Positions 35,495 to 45,044 of a stretch of DNA of 64,000 nt are shown here, in pieces. The DNA lies in contig CANJHY010000001.1 of the NCBI GenBank assembly GCA_947474275.1, positions 274-64,273 of the forward strand, read 5' to 3'. Both the position numbers and the translations under genes were made by a program. This DNA comes from Betaproteobacteria bacterium. GTDB lineage: Bacteria > Pseudomonadota > Gammaproteobacteria > Burkholderiales > SG8-41. The stretch's first letter is position 1. Each line of letters starts with the position of its first letter. The notes beneath the pieces were generated by a model that worked only from the letters and a program-made list of their open reading frames with translations, searched no databases and had not been told where the DNA came from.

Positions 35495-35809
35495 TCAGGC
35501 TGCTACCGTCGTATCGATGCTGCCTTTGTCGCCGGTTGTGTCGGTCCAGCTAACGGTGATTTTGTCGCCGGGTTTGGCGCCTTTGACGCGAAACCCGAGA
35601 AAGGGATTGCGCGCGACCGCCTGGCTCCATTGTGCGTCGAGCACCGTTTTTCCGTTGTGCGTGGCGATTACGCTCTGAATGAAATGCATCGGCACCAGGT
35701 CGCCCTTTTCGTTCTTGCGCTGGCCGGTTTCCATCGGATGGCTCATCAGCACCTTGACGTCGGCGGCATCGCCTTCCATCCTGGCGCGAATTTTCATCGG
35801 TTCAGCCAT
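35495..35809 (-). CDS. soxZ: sulfur carrier partner SoxZ
   Basis: 104 aa, MKIRARMEGDAADVKVLMSHPMETGQRK..., typical SoxZ. Confidence 0.9.
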   Translation of the reverse strand: MAEPMKIRARMEGDAADVKVLMSHPMETGQRKNEKGDLVPMHFIQSVIATHNGKTVLDAQWSQAVARNPFLGFRVKGAKPGDKITVSWTDTTGDKGSIDTTVAA

Positions 35810-35857
35810 GCGTATTTCCTTGTGCGAATTTAAGGGTCAGGAACATGTGCAGCGTGG

Positions 35858-36328
35858 TCAGCCGCCGCAACCGCCGATGGTGACCTTGACTTCCTTGGTG
35901 ACGGTGAAAAATTTGCCGTCGGCCTTGACCACCGCGATCACGTTCGAGGTCTGTCCCATTTTGAGCTTGGTCGAGACATAGCCTTCGGCGCCGTTGACGA
36001 AATCGAAGGTGCCGCTGAGCGGGAAAGGGTTTTTGTCGATGACGATCGAAATGCTCTGCGTGTTCGGAATTTTGCTGGTGACCGTGACGGGCACCTGCGC
36101 GCCGTTTTCAGCGATATCGGGCACGACCAGCGTGATGTCTTTGCTCGGTTGCGCGCCGGTCACGCCGAGCGATTTCAGGGCATCGGCGGCCGCCTTGGCT
36201 TCAAAACCGGTTTTGTTCCACACCGCGGCGAGCGCATTGCCCGTTCTCAACAGACCCGCGCCGGCGGCCAGCATGAGCGGCGCGGCGGCGCCAATCGCTT
36301 TGAGCAATGTTCTGCGTAATCGTTGCAT
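35858..36328 (-). CDS. soxY: sulfur carrier protein SoxY
   Basis: Tat-type leader (RRTLLK) and the diagnostic C-terminus VTIGGCGG. Confidence 0.92.
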   Translation of the reverse strand: MQRLRRTLLKAIGAAAPLMLAAGAGLLRTGNALAAVWNKTGFEAKAAADALKSLGVTGAQPSKDITLVVPDIAENGAQVPVTVTSKIPNTQSISIVIDKNPFPLSGTFDFVNGAEGYVSTKLKMGQTSNVIAVVKADGKFFTVTKEVKVTIGGCGG

Positions 36329-36472
36329 CTTTTCTCCTTCGGAGACCGGTGCGTATCCGGATCGATTGGTGCTTCAATCCAGGCTGAATTTTGATCGCGC
36401 CGTGTCAGCGGACGCACATGCTAGCCAAGTTTGGCGGGGCTGTCTATTCCGCCTGCGGCGCGCTTGGCGAAT

Positions 36473-36958
36473 TCAGGCGCGTGCCTTGCGCACCCAGTGC
36501 CCCGACTTGCCGCCTTTCTTTTCAAGCAGGCAGATTTCTTCGATGCGCATGCCGCGGTCGACCGCTTTGCACATGTCGTAAATCGTGAGCAGACCGGCAG
36601 CTACCGCGGTGAGCGCTTCCATTTCGACGCCGGTGCGGCCGCGCGTTTCCGCCTGGGCTATGCAAGTAACGGCTTTTTGTTTGGTATCGATGGCAAGCTC
36701 GACGCTGACACGGGTGAGCGCCAGCGGGTGCGCGAGCGGAATCAGGTCGGCTGCGCGTTTGGCGCCCTGGATGGCGGCGATGCGCGCAATGCCGAGCACG
36801 TCGCCTTTTTTCGCGCCGCCCGCGGCGATCAGCGCAAGGGTTGCGCGCTGCATGACAATGCGGCCGCCTGCGCGGGCGACACGATGCGTTTCGTCCTTGC
36901 CGGCGACGTCGACCATATGCGCCTGGCCGTGCGGGTTGAAATGAGTCAGCTTTTTCAA
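36473..36958 (-). CDS. moaC: cyclic pyranopterin monophosphate synthase MoaC
   Basis: KKLTHFN...[25 protein letters not shown] and [11 protein letters not shown]. The start is assigned to TTG 36958 (GGAG 8 nt upstream), giving about 161 aa. The ORF is open to 37039. Confidence 0.85.
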   Translation of the reverse strand: MKKLTHFNPHGQAHMVDVAGKDETHRVARAGGRIVMQRATLALIAAGGAKKGDVLGIARIAAIQGAKRAADLIPLAHPLALTRVSVELAIDTKQKAVTCIAQAETRGRTGVEMEALTAVAAGLLTIYDMCKAVDRGMRIEEICLLEKKGGKSGHWVRKARA

Positions 36959-37104
36959 TGCGGGTCTCCATCCGGGCAGGGTGCGCTCCTGTACAATCGT
37001 GCCGGGCCTGCCGCCCGCACGCTTTGTACAAGACGCCAAGTATAAGACACCATGAGCGCCGCCATCACAACAATTGTCCGCTGCCCGTCGCGCCGCGCCT
37101 TGCC

Positions 37105-38490
37105 ATGAGTTCCGGTCAGTCTGTCGGGGGCGATAGCGGCGATGCGATGTCGCGCGCGGTCGATGCCTACGACCAGGGGGAGCTCGACGCGTCGCGTGTG
37201 CTGTGCGAGCAGCAATTGCGCGTGGAGCCGTCGAACGCGGTGGCGTTAATGCTGCTGGGACTCATTGCCAAACGCGGGCTGCAGGTCGAGGACGCCATAC
37301 CGCTGCTCGAGCGCTCGGTGCGGATTGCACCCAACCGCAAGTCATTGACGAGCCTCGCCGACTGCTATTTGCGCGTGGGCCGCCTCAAGCAGGGGCTGCA
37401 CTATATCGACCAGGTGCTTGCCGGAAACACCGACAATCTGGAGGCATTGCTGATCAAGGCGGCAATTCTGCATGGCCAGCAGAAGTTCGACGACGCGCTC
37501 GCATGTATCGACGACGCTGCGCGGCTGGCACCGGAATCGCATCTGGTGGAAGCTCGCCTCGGCAGCGTACTGGCCGAACTCGGACAATACGAAGCCGCGG
37601 AGCAGCACTTTCAGGCCGCGGCGCGCGTGTCGCGCGAAGCCCGCCATTGTGGCCTGATCAATTTCCGGCAAAGCGTGTGGCGGCAAATCGCGCCGTCCGC
37701 CGCTGTCGCAGTGGCTGACGAGTTTGCGCACCTGCGCGCGCCGGATATTGAAGCGCCATACGATGCGGTCGTCGCCGCATGTTGCGATGCCCGGTATTTT
37801 TACAAGTACGGCGTTACGTTCATGAACTCCTACGCGCAGAACGCCGCCGGCGGCAAGCTGCTGCATTTGCACATCCTCGATCCGGAGGAGGGTTTTGCAG
37901 CGCATCTTGAAACGCTGATTGCGCAGCTGGGATTGCGCAACGTCGTGGCGACTTACGAGTACGCGCCGGTCGACGAAGAGCCGGACTTCAATCTGCGGCG
38001 GACGTTTTACAGCTGCGCGCGGTTCCTGCGCATGGCAGCGCTGCTTGCGCATTACCAGAAGACCATTGCGTGCTTCGACATCGACACAGTGTTCGAGGCG
38101 CCGCTCGATGAACTTGTCGGCAGCGTGGGCGGCGCCGACATCGGGCTGGTGCGGCGCGACCCGCCCGATTCGCCGTGGCTGGATATTGTCGCCAACATCG
38201 TGATCGCGAACAATACCGCGGGCACGCTGCGCTATTTTTCAGCGGTCGAGAATTTTATCCGCCATTTCGTCGGGCGCGGAAAACTGTTCTGGCATCTCGA
38301 CCAGATCGCGCTGTTTTGCGTGCTGAAGATGATGGAGCGTTTCGACGCGCCGCCGCAGGTCGCGCCAATACCGCCGTCCGCGCTTGGCGCGGTGTGGCAT
38401 ATCGGCAATCCGTACGAATACCGGCGTGCGGAATACCGAGTGGCGCGCTACCAGTTGGCGGATTTTGCGCCGCATGCCAAGCAGCCCTGA
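37105..38490 (+). CDS. TPR-repeat protein with C-terminal GT-A/GT8-like domain (function uncertain)
   Basis: ATG 37105 (MSSGQSVGG). TPR repeats, then a domain with CFDIDTVF (DxD-like) and [10 protein letters not shown]. The catalytic assignment is tentative. Confidence 0.55.
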   Translation: MSSGQSVGGDSGDAMSRAVDAYDQGELDASRVLCEQQLRVEPSNAVALMLLGLIAKRGLQVEDAIPLLERSVRIAPNRKSLTSLADCYLRVGRLKQGLHYIDQVLAGNTDNLEALLIKAAILHGQQKFDDALACIDDAARLAPESHLVEARLGSVLAELGQYEAAEQHFQAAARVSREARHCGLINFRQSVWRQIAPSAAVAVADEFAHLRAPDIEAPYDAVVAACCDARYFYKYGVTFMNSYAQNAAGGKLLHLHILDPEEGFAAHLETLIAQLGLRNVVATYEYAPVDEEPDFNLRRTFYSCARFLRMAALLAHYQKTIACFDIDTVFEAPLDELVGSVGGADIGLVRRDPPDSPWLDIVANIVIANNTAGTLRYFSAVENFIRHFVGRGKLFWHLDQIALFCVLKMMERFDAPPQVAPIPPSALGAVWHIGNPYEYRRAEYRVARYQLADFAPHAKQP

Positions 38491-38601
38491 GTTGGTTGCG
38501 GGCACGCGGGTCTATTTATATTCCATCGGGCCAGGCGGCGCGCGCGGCGGCGCGGTCGTGCCCGCCGCGGAACTTCGCGCGATTCGGATTATCATAGCTA
38601 A

Positions 38602-40038
38602 GTGAAACCGTTTATCCGCATACTGGCCTTGCTTTTTTGCGCGTTGCCGTCGGCACTGGGCCAGGGCCTGCCCGATCTCGGTGATGTATCGCAGAGCGAA
38701 CTGTCGCCGCAAACCGAACGCCGGCTGGGCGAGAGCATCATGCGCGAGATACGCGCCGACCGCAGCTATTCGGACGACGCCGAAATCACCGATTACCTGA
38801 ATGCGCTGGGCTACAAGCTGGTCGCCGCGAGCGCCGATTCGCGCCAGGAATTCAATTTCTTTCTCATCATGGACCCGCAGGTCAACGCGTTCGCATTGCC
38901 CGGTGGTTTCGTCGGCATCAACTCCGGACTGATACTGACCGCGCAAAGCGAGTCCGAACTCGCCGGCGTGGTGTCGCACGAAGTGGCGCACGTTACACAA
39001 CGCCACATGGCGCGCATGCTGGCCCAGCAGAAGCAGTCGCAGATTGCTTCGCTTGCGGCGCTCGCGGTCGCGGTGCTCGCCGCCCGCTCCAGCCCGGAGA
39101 TATCGCAGGCGGCAATCATGGCTTCGCAGGCGGGCACCATACAGTCGGCGCTTAATTACACGCGCGATCACGAGCGCGAGGCCGATCGCGTGGGGTTCCA
39201 GGTGTTGGAAAAAGCCGGGTTCGACGCGCAGGCGATGGCGCTGTTCTTCGAGCGTATGCAGCGCGCCACGCGTTTTTACGAAACCAGCGCGCCGGCTTAT
39301 TTGCGCACTCACCCGATGACATACGAGCGCATTGCGGACATGCAGAGCCGCGCGCAGCACCTGCCGTACCGCCAGGTGCCGGACAGCATCGAATTCCAGC
39401 TGATGCGCGCCAAGATCAGGGCAGCGCAGGACAGCCCGCGCGAAGCGGTGGCGTTTTTCGAGGAAAGCCTGGGCGCGCGCAAGTATTTGAGCGAAGTGGC
39501 GAGCCGTTACGGCATGGTGTCGGCACTGCTGCGCACGAAGGCGTATGCGCGCGCCGGCAAGGAACTGCAGACGCTGCGCAAAGCGTTGCCCGACAACGCC
39601 GCCGTCGACACGCTGGCCGCCCGTTATTATGTCGCCAGCGGCGACGCGGGGACGGCGGCGCAGACTTACCGCGATGCACTGAAAAGCCATCCCGGCTATC
39701 GCGCGCTGGTGTACGACTATGCGGAAGTGCTGCTCGGCAGCCACCAGCCGGGCGAAGCGTTGAAACTGGTCGAGAGCCGGATGCAATACTCGGTGTCTGA
39801 CAACCGCATGTACGAATTACAGGCGAAATGTTATGCCGCGCTCGGCAAGCGCCTGCCGCAGCACCGCGCGCTGGCCGAGGCGTATTTCCGCTTGGGCAAC
39901 CTGCAATCCGCGATCGAACAACTGCTGCTGGCGCAAAAAAGCGGCGACGGCGATTTTTACCAGATGTCGAGCGTGGATGCGCGGCTGCGCGAACTGCGCA
40001 CGCTGGAAGCCGAAGCGCGGCGCGAAAACCGCAAGTAA
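38602..40038 (+). CDS. bepA: M48-family periplasmic metalloprotease with C-terminal TPR (BepA/YfgC-like)
   Basis: GTG start, signal peptide, HEVAHVTQRH (HExxH), EREADRVG and a TPR tail. Confidence 0.8.
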   Translation: MKPFIRILALLFCALPSALGQGLPDLGDVSQSELSPQTERRLGESIMREIRADRSYSDDAEITDYLNALGYKLVAASADSRQEFNFFLIMDPQVNAFALPGGFVGINSGLILTAQSESELAGVVSHEVAHVTQRHMARMLAQQKQSQIASLAALAVAVLAARSSPEISQAAIMASQAGTIQSALNYTRDHEREADRVGFQVLEKAGFDAQAMALFFERMQRATRFYETSAPAYLRTHPMTYERIADMQSRAQHLPYRQVPDSIEFQLMRAKIRAAQDSPREAVAFFEESLGARKYLSEVASRYGMVSALLRTKAYARAGKELQTLRKALPDNAAVDTLAARYYVASGDAGTAAQTYRDALKSHPGYRALVYDYAEVLLGSHQPGEALKLVESRMQYSVSDNRMYELQAKCYAALGKRLPQHRALAEAYFRLGNLQSAIEQLLLAQKSGDGDFYQMSSVDARLRELRTLEAEARRENRK

Positions 40039-40069
40039 CGCGACCGGGTTTTTTGCCGGATCCGGCGCG

Positions 40070-41416
40070 TCAGAACAGGGTGTACAGCAGGCCGATCGCA
40101 CCGCACCCCGCGATGACGGGAATGATGCCCACTTTGTAACGGAACAGCGCGATGAAAGCGGCGGCGCCGATCGCCGCGGCCGGCCATTCGAAGCGGCCGT
40201 CGAAGCCGCTGGGCCACAGCACGTGCCAGGCGAAAAACACCGCGAGATTGAGGATAACACCGACCACCGCCGCCGTGATGCCGGTGAGGGGGGCGGTGAA
40301 CCTGAGGTTGCCATGCGTGGTTTCGATCAGCGGCGCGCCGAGAAAAATAAAAATAAAACTCGGCAGGAAGGTGAAGTAGGTGACGACCAGCGCCGCGGCC
40401 GCGCCGGCCATGAACAGGCTGTCGGGCCCGAAAATCTGCTTCGTCCAGCCGCCGACGAAGCCGACGAAGGTCACGACCATGATCAGCGGGCCCGGTGTCG
40501 TTTCGCCCAGTGCCAGGCCGTCGATCATTTGCGTGGCCGTGAGCCACTGGAATTGCTCGACGGCTCCCTGATAGACGTAAGGCAGGACGGCGTATGCGCC
40601 GCCAAAGGTGAGCAATGCCGCTTTGGTGAAGAACCAGCTCATTTGGGTGAGCGTCGCATCCCAGCCGTAGCGCGTCCACAGCAGCGCCATCGCGCCGCCC
40701 CATAGTGCTGCACCGGCCAGACCAAGACGCGCGAAACGAGCCCAGCTGAACAAAGCATGCGGCGGAGTTGGCGTATCGTCATCGATGATCGCCGCGCCGT
40801 AGCTTTTACCGGCTGAGCCGTGGCCGCCGCCGGTCGCGAATTTGTCCGGCGCGTAGCGTCCGCCGAAATAGCCGATGATGCCCGCCGCGAGTACGATATA
40901 GGGAAAGGGTATTTTGAGTGCGAAAATCGCCACGAACGCCGCGGCCGCAATCGACCATAACGCCGCATTTTTCAATGCGCGCGAACCGATGCGCCAGGCG
41001 GCGAATACCACGATAGCGGTGACCGCCGGCTTGATGCCGTAGAGTATGCCCGCGACCGCCGGCAGCTGGCCGTACGCCATGTATATCCACGACAGGGCAA
41101 TCAGGATGAATAGCGACGGCAACACGAATAACGTGCCGGCCACGATGCCGCCGCGGGTTTTGTGCATGAGCCAGCCGATGTAGGTCGCGAGCTGCTGGGC
41201 TTCGGGTCCCGGCAGCACCATGCAGTAATTGAGCGCGTGCAGGAAGCGCTGCTCGGAAATCCAGCGTTTTTTCTCGACCAGGTCGTGGTGCATGATCGCA
41301 ATCTGGCCGGTCGGGCCGCCGAAACTCACGAACCCGAGTTTGAGCCAATACCAGAATGCCGCCGCGAATGTGACTGGCGCGGGTGGCGTTGCAGCGGGTG
41401 TTACGTCATTTTTCAT
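40070..41416 (-). CDS. chrA: chromate transporter ChrA
   Basis: Duplicated CHR domains. FWYWLKLGFVSFGGPTGQIAIMH...LPGPEAQQLATYIGW. Confidence 0.85.
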   Translation of the reverse strand: MKNDVTPAATPPAPVTFAAAFWYWLKLGFVSFGGPTGQIAIMHHDLVEKKRWISEQRFLHALNYCMVLPGPEAQQLATYIGWLMHKTRGGIVAGTLFVLPSLFILIALSWIYMAYGQLPAVAGILYGIKPAVTAIVVFAAWRIGSRALKNAALWSIAAAAFVAIFALKIPFPYIVLAAGIIGYFGGRYAPDKFATGGGHGSAGKSYGAAIIDDDTPTPPHALFSWARFARLGLAGAALWGGAMALLWTRYGWDATLTQMSWFFTKAALLTFGGAYAVLPYVYQGAVEQFQWLTATQMIDGLALGETTPGPLIMVVTFVGFVGGWTKQIFGPDSLFMAGAAAALVVTYFTFLPSFIFIFLGAPLIETTHGNLRFTAPLTGITAAVVGVILNLAVFFAWHVLWPSGFDGRFEWPAAAIGAAAFIALFRYKVGIIPVIAGCGAIGLLYTLF

Positions 41417-41601
41417 GGATCAAGAGCCAAAAAATTGCCGTTCCGGCACTTCAAACGCCGGAAGCTCGGTAGCGCGAGCATAACAGCCATTTACGTTATT
41501 GGAATTCGCGCTAAATGCCAGGCGTATTCGCCTGGCATACGCCTGGAAACGCGCCGCTTATAGCCAAAACATTACAAGCCACGCAAATATACAGCTTTAT
41601 G

Positions 41602-41649
41602 GTATTGTATTTATTTAGTATTGTATTTATTTAGTATTGTATTTATTTA
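41602..41649. repeat. three perfect tandem copies of the AT-rich 16-mer gtattgtatttattta
   Basis: Read directly: 41602-41617, 41618-41633 and 41634-41649, ending 50 nt upstream of ATG 41699. Confidence 0.95.
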
Positions 41650-41698
41650 CAAATCGGCCTCGCCACCGGGCGTGGGCCCCGGCCGATGGGCTTATACG

Positions 41699-42946
41699 AT
41701 GACAATCAAAAAGATCGGCAAGTACGAAATCATCCGCGAACTCGGCAAAGGCGCCACCAGCGTCGTCTACGAGGCGCTCGGCGACAAGGAGCACGGCCGC
41801 CGCTACCGCAAGCTGTTCGTGACCGAGGCCTCGCTTGCCGGCAAGCTGTCGCACCCGCATATCGTGAGCATTTACGACGCGGTCGCCGATGACGAGGCCA
41901 GCTATATCGTAATGGAGTATGTCGACGGCACGACGCTCGAGCAATACTCGCGCGCCGAACACCTGTTGCCAATCAACAAAGTCATAGAAATCGTGTTCAA
42001 GTGCAGCAAGGCGCTCGATTACGCGGCCAAGCACGGCGTCATCCACCGCGATATCAAGCCGGCTAATATCATGCTGTCGGGAGAGAACGACATCAAGATC
42101 ACCGATTTCGGTGCCGCCCAGACCACCGCTACCGAAACGACCCAGATCACCGGCATCGGCTCGCCCGCCTATATGTCGCCCGAACAGGTCAAGGAGCTGC
42201 AGCTCAACCACCAATCGGACATCTTTTCGCTCGGCGTGGTGCTGTTCCAGATGCTCACCGGCAAGCTGCCGTTCCAGGCCAACAACAACTACAGCATGAT
42301 CTACCAGATCATCAACGCCGAAGCGCCGGCGCCGAGCACGTTCCGCTCCGATATCCCGCCGCCGCTCGATGCTATCGTCAAGCGCGCGCTGCAGAAAAAC
42401 ACCGCCGACCGCTACCAGACCTGGGAAGAGATCTCCCACGAACTGGTCGCCGTGTTCGGCAACCTGCAGAAACCCGAGAAAAACATCCCCGACAGCGAAA
42501 AGTTCAACGCGCTGCGCAAGCTGATTTTTTTCAAGAATTTCGCCGATGTCGAATTATGGGAAGTGCTGCGCGTGACGACCTGGAGCAAATATGTGCCGGA
42601 CCACGTGCTGATCAAGGAAGGCGAGGTCGGCAAATCGTTTTTCATACTCGCCGCCGGCGAAGTCAAGATCAGCAAGCAGGGCAAATTGCTCAATGTGCTG
42701 CGCACCGGCGATTGCTTTGGCGAAATGGCTTACCTCGGCAAGAAACAGTTTCAGCGCACCGCGAGCGTCACGGCCTCGACCGACATCACCGTGATCGAAA
42801 TCAAATCGGAATCACTGGCGCAGGCCACCGAGATATGCCGCCATAATTTCAACGGCGCCTTTCTCGAGATCCTGGTCGATCGCCTGTCGATGGCGAACAC
42901 GCGGCTCTCGCAACTGCTCGCGGACAAAAATATCAGCGTTTTTTAG
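41699..42946 (+). CDS. Ser/Thr kinase-like protein with C-terminal cyclic-nucleotide-binding (CAP_ED) domain; beta3 VAIK segment missing
   Basis: GKGATSVVY, HRDIKPANIM, DFG and GSPAYMSPEQ. The C-terminus has FGEMAYLG...RTASV, a cNMP phosphate-binding cassette. Confidence 0.8.
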   Translation: MTIKKIGKYEIIRELGKGATSVVYEALGDKEHGRRYRKLFVTEASLAGKLSHPHIVSIYDAVADDEASYIVMEYVDGTTLEQYSRAEHLLPINKVIEIVFKCSKALDYAAKHGVIHRDIKPANIMLSGENDIKITDFGAAQTTATETTQITGIGSPAYMSPEQVKELQLNHQSDIFSLGVVLFQMLTGKLPFQANNNYSMIYQIINAEAPAPSTFRSDIPPPLDAIVKRALQKNTADRYQTWEEISHELVAVFGNLQKPEKNIPDSEKFNALRKLIFFKNFADVELWEVLRVTTWSKYVPDHVLIKEGEVGKSFFILAAGEVKISKQGKLLNVLRTGDCFGEMAYLGKKQFQRTASVTASTDITVIEIKSESLAQATEICRHNFNGAFLEILVDRLSMANTRLSQLLADKNISVF

Positions 42947-43071
42947 CAGTCAGTCTCCGCTGCCTGCCGGCGCGCCGCCGGGCGGCGCAATGCGGCAGGT
43001 TCCCGCCTTGCACGAACCGCACGGGCACCGTATATTACATTCCAATCAAAATTTGCGAGCCGGGAGCGAGG

Positions 43072-43299
43072 ATGCATTTCGACAAGGAACTCGATGCGCG
43101 CGGACTGAATTGTCCGCTGCCGATACTGCGCACCAAGAAATCACTCAACGACATGACGTCAGGGCAGGTGTTGCGCGTGGTCGCCACGGACCCCGGCGCG
43201 GCCAAGGATTTTCAGGCGTTTTCAAAACAAACCGGCAACGAGTTGTTGTCGTCGGAGACCGCGAGCAGCGAATTCGTGTTTTTCATGAAAAAGAAATAA
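43072..43299 (+). CDS. tusA: TusA-family sulfurtransferase
   Basis: 75 aa with LDARGLNCPLPIL (CPxP motif). Confidence 0.85.
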   Translation: MHFDKELDARGLNCPLPILRTKKSLNDMTSGQVLRVVATDPGAAKDFQAFSKQTGNELLSSETASSEFVFFMKKK

Positions 43300-43322
43300 C
43301 CCGCGGTGATGCGTTGAATCGC

Positions 43323-43862
43323 ATGCTTATCGTTAAGCAAGCATGGGTTGGATTCATCGTTCTGGCGTCGGTATTGCTGCTGGCGCCCGCGCAGGCGCGG
43401 ACTCCCGACCGCTGGCCGTTTGTCGAATACAACGACGCCGTGCGCGTGGCAAAAAAAACGCACAAACCGATGTTCGTCTACTTCGGTTTTCAGGACTGTC
43501 CGTACTGCGAAATCGCCAACAAGAACACGTTCTCGTTCGATGCATTGCGCAAGCGCTATACCGAGCATTACGTGCTTGCCTATTTTGATATACGCGGCAA
43601 CCCGGCTGACATTATTACCCTGCCGGAAGGCGAAAAACTCACGCGCGCCGAAGCCATCAAGCGCTTGCGGTCGAGTCCGGTGCCCGCGTGGATGTTTGTC
43701 AGCCCCGAGGGCAAGGAAATACTCATGCGCCGCGGTTCGCGCACCCCGGTCGAGGCCTTCATGCAGTTCGACCAGTTCGTGATGAGCGGTGCTTATCAGA
43801 AGGGATCGCTGGAAAGTTTTCTCGCGCAACGCGGCCTGCACGAGGCCAAGCCGCCCGAATAG
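43323..43862 (+). CDS. periplasmic thioredoxin-fold protein (CxxC)
   Basis: Signal peptide MLIVKQAWVGFIVLASVLLLAPAQA, then KPMFVYFGFQDCPYCE. Confidence 0.65.
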   Translation: MLIVKQAWVGFIVLASVLLLAPAQARTPDRWPFVEYNDAVRVAKKTHKPMFVYFGFQDCPYCEIANKNTFSFDALRKRYTEHYVLAYFDIRGNPADIITLPEGEKLTRAEAIKRLRSSPVPAWMFVSPEGKEILMRRGSRTPVEAFMQFDQFVMSGAYQKGSLESFLAQRGLHEAKPPE

Positions 43863-43921
43863 CTGTTTCGTGCGCGGCGCACGCGTTGTGTAGCGGCGGC
43901 CGGTTATGACGGGAAAGGCGT

Positions 43922-44998
43922 ATGAGCGAAATGTGGCGTGTCATGGATACCGGCCTGCGCTCCGCGGCGCAAAACGTCGCGCTCGACCGCGCGCTGCTTG
44001 AAGCGCGCCAAGCCGAGGAAATCCCGAGCACCCTGCGCTTCAGCCGTTTTACTCCCAGCGCGTTGCTTGCCTATCGCCAAAGCGCTGTCCAGGAATTCGA
44101 CCCCGATTATTGTATTGCCCGCAACATAGCGATCCAGCGTCGCATCACCGGCGGCGACGCCGTCTATTGCGATGGCGAGCAGCTAGGCTGGGCACTGTAT
44201 CTGCACCGCCGCGATATCGGCGCCGGCGACATGCAGGCGCTTGCGAAACGCATCTGCCATGCGGCGGCAGCGGCGGTCGGCGCGCTCGGCGTCGATGCGC
44301 GGTACCGCGCCCGCCACGACATCGAAGTCGACGGCCGCAGGATAGGCGCCGCCGGCGGCACCTTCGACGGCAATGCGTTGCTCTACCAGGGCATCCTGCA
44401 AATCGATCTGGATGCCGCTGACGGGTGGCGTGTGATGCGCACGCCGCTCGCGGCGCAGTCCGACCCGGCGTTCGCCGCGGCGCGCGAACGCGTCACCGAC
44501 CTCAAAAGCCTGCTGGGCGCATGTCCCGAAGTTTCGCTAATCAAGAGCAACCTGATTGCAGCGTTCGAGAGCGAGTTCGAAGCCGAATTCCACGACGGCG
44601 ACCTGTCGCTGACCGAGCACGCGAGGTATCGCAGCGCATTGGCGGAGATCGATACGGCGGACTGGATCAACCTGATGCAGCGGCCGCTGTCCGAGGCTCC
44701 GGTCTGCGCGGCATCGCATAAGGTTGCGGGCGGGGTGCTCAATGCCAGTCTCGTTTATGACCGTCCCTCCCGGATTATCAAGCAGGTCTGGTTCGCGCAC
44801 GACAGGGCCGTCAGACCGCAGCGCTTGGTCGTCGATCTCGAAGCCGCGCTGCGCGACACCGCAGTCGCGCGCCTCGAGCACATCGTGCGCGGTTTTTTTG
44901 CGGGGCGCGCGGTCGAGATGGCAGCGGTCACGCCAGGCGACTTTGTTGCGGTGGTGCGGCGCGCGTTGAAGCTGCCGCTGGTCGCGCAAAACCCGTAG
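43922..44998 (+). CDS. lipoate-protein ligase (LplA/BPL) family protein
   Basis: LRFSRFTPSALLAYRQS and QRRITGGDAVYCD (RRxTGGGAVyHD-like). The position of the conserved lipoyl-AMP Lys reads GRRIGAAGG. Confidence 0.65.
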   Translation: MSEMWRVMDTGLRSAAQNVALDRALLEARQAEEIPSTLRFSRFTPSALLAYRQSAVQEFDPDYCIARNIAIQRRITGGDAVYCDGEQLGWALYLHRRDIGAGDMQALAKRICHAAAAAVGALGVDARYRARHDIEVDGRRIGAAGGTFDGNALLYQGILQIDLDAADGWRVMRTPLAAQSDPAFAAARERVTDLKSLLGACPEVSLIKSNLIAAFESEFEAEFHDGDLSLTEHARYRSALAEIDTADWINLMQRPLSEAPVCAASHKVAGGVLNASLVYDRPSRIIKQVWFAHDRAVRPQRLVVDLEAALRDTAVARLEHIVRGFFAGRAVEMAAVTPGDFVAVVRRALKLPLVAQNP

Positions 44999-45044
44999 TC
45001 AGGGCGCGCGGCCGGTTGCGTGTTACGCAGAAAGCCGCGGATCG

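Noticed and set aside
36959-37104. N-terminal extensions of moaC (to 37039) and of the TPR protein (from 36958), which would overlap head-to-head.
   Set aside because: Typical MoaC length and the RBS favour TTG 36958. ATG 37105 gives a plausible start for the TPR protein and leaves a divergent promoter spacer.
41602-41649. The 16-bp x3 repeat as a CRISPR array or mini-satellite inside a gene.
   Set aside because: The copies abut with no spacers, the unit is far shorter than CRISPR repeats, and no cas genes are present. The ORF 41621-41698 reading through it is an artefactual extension of the kinase gene.
42990-43322. Long 5' extension of the thioredoxin-fold ORF (start 42990) overlapping tusA.
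   Set aside because: It overlaps the well-supported TusA gene in another frame and encodes Arg-rich low-complexity sequence. ATG 43323 gives a clean signal peptide.
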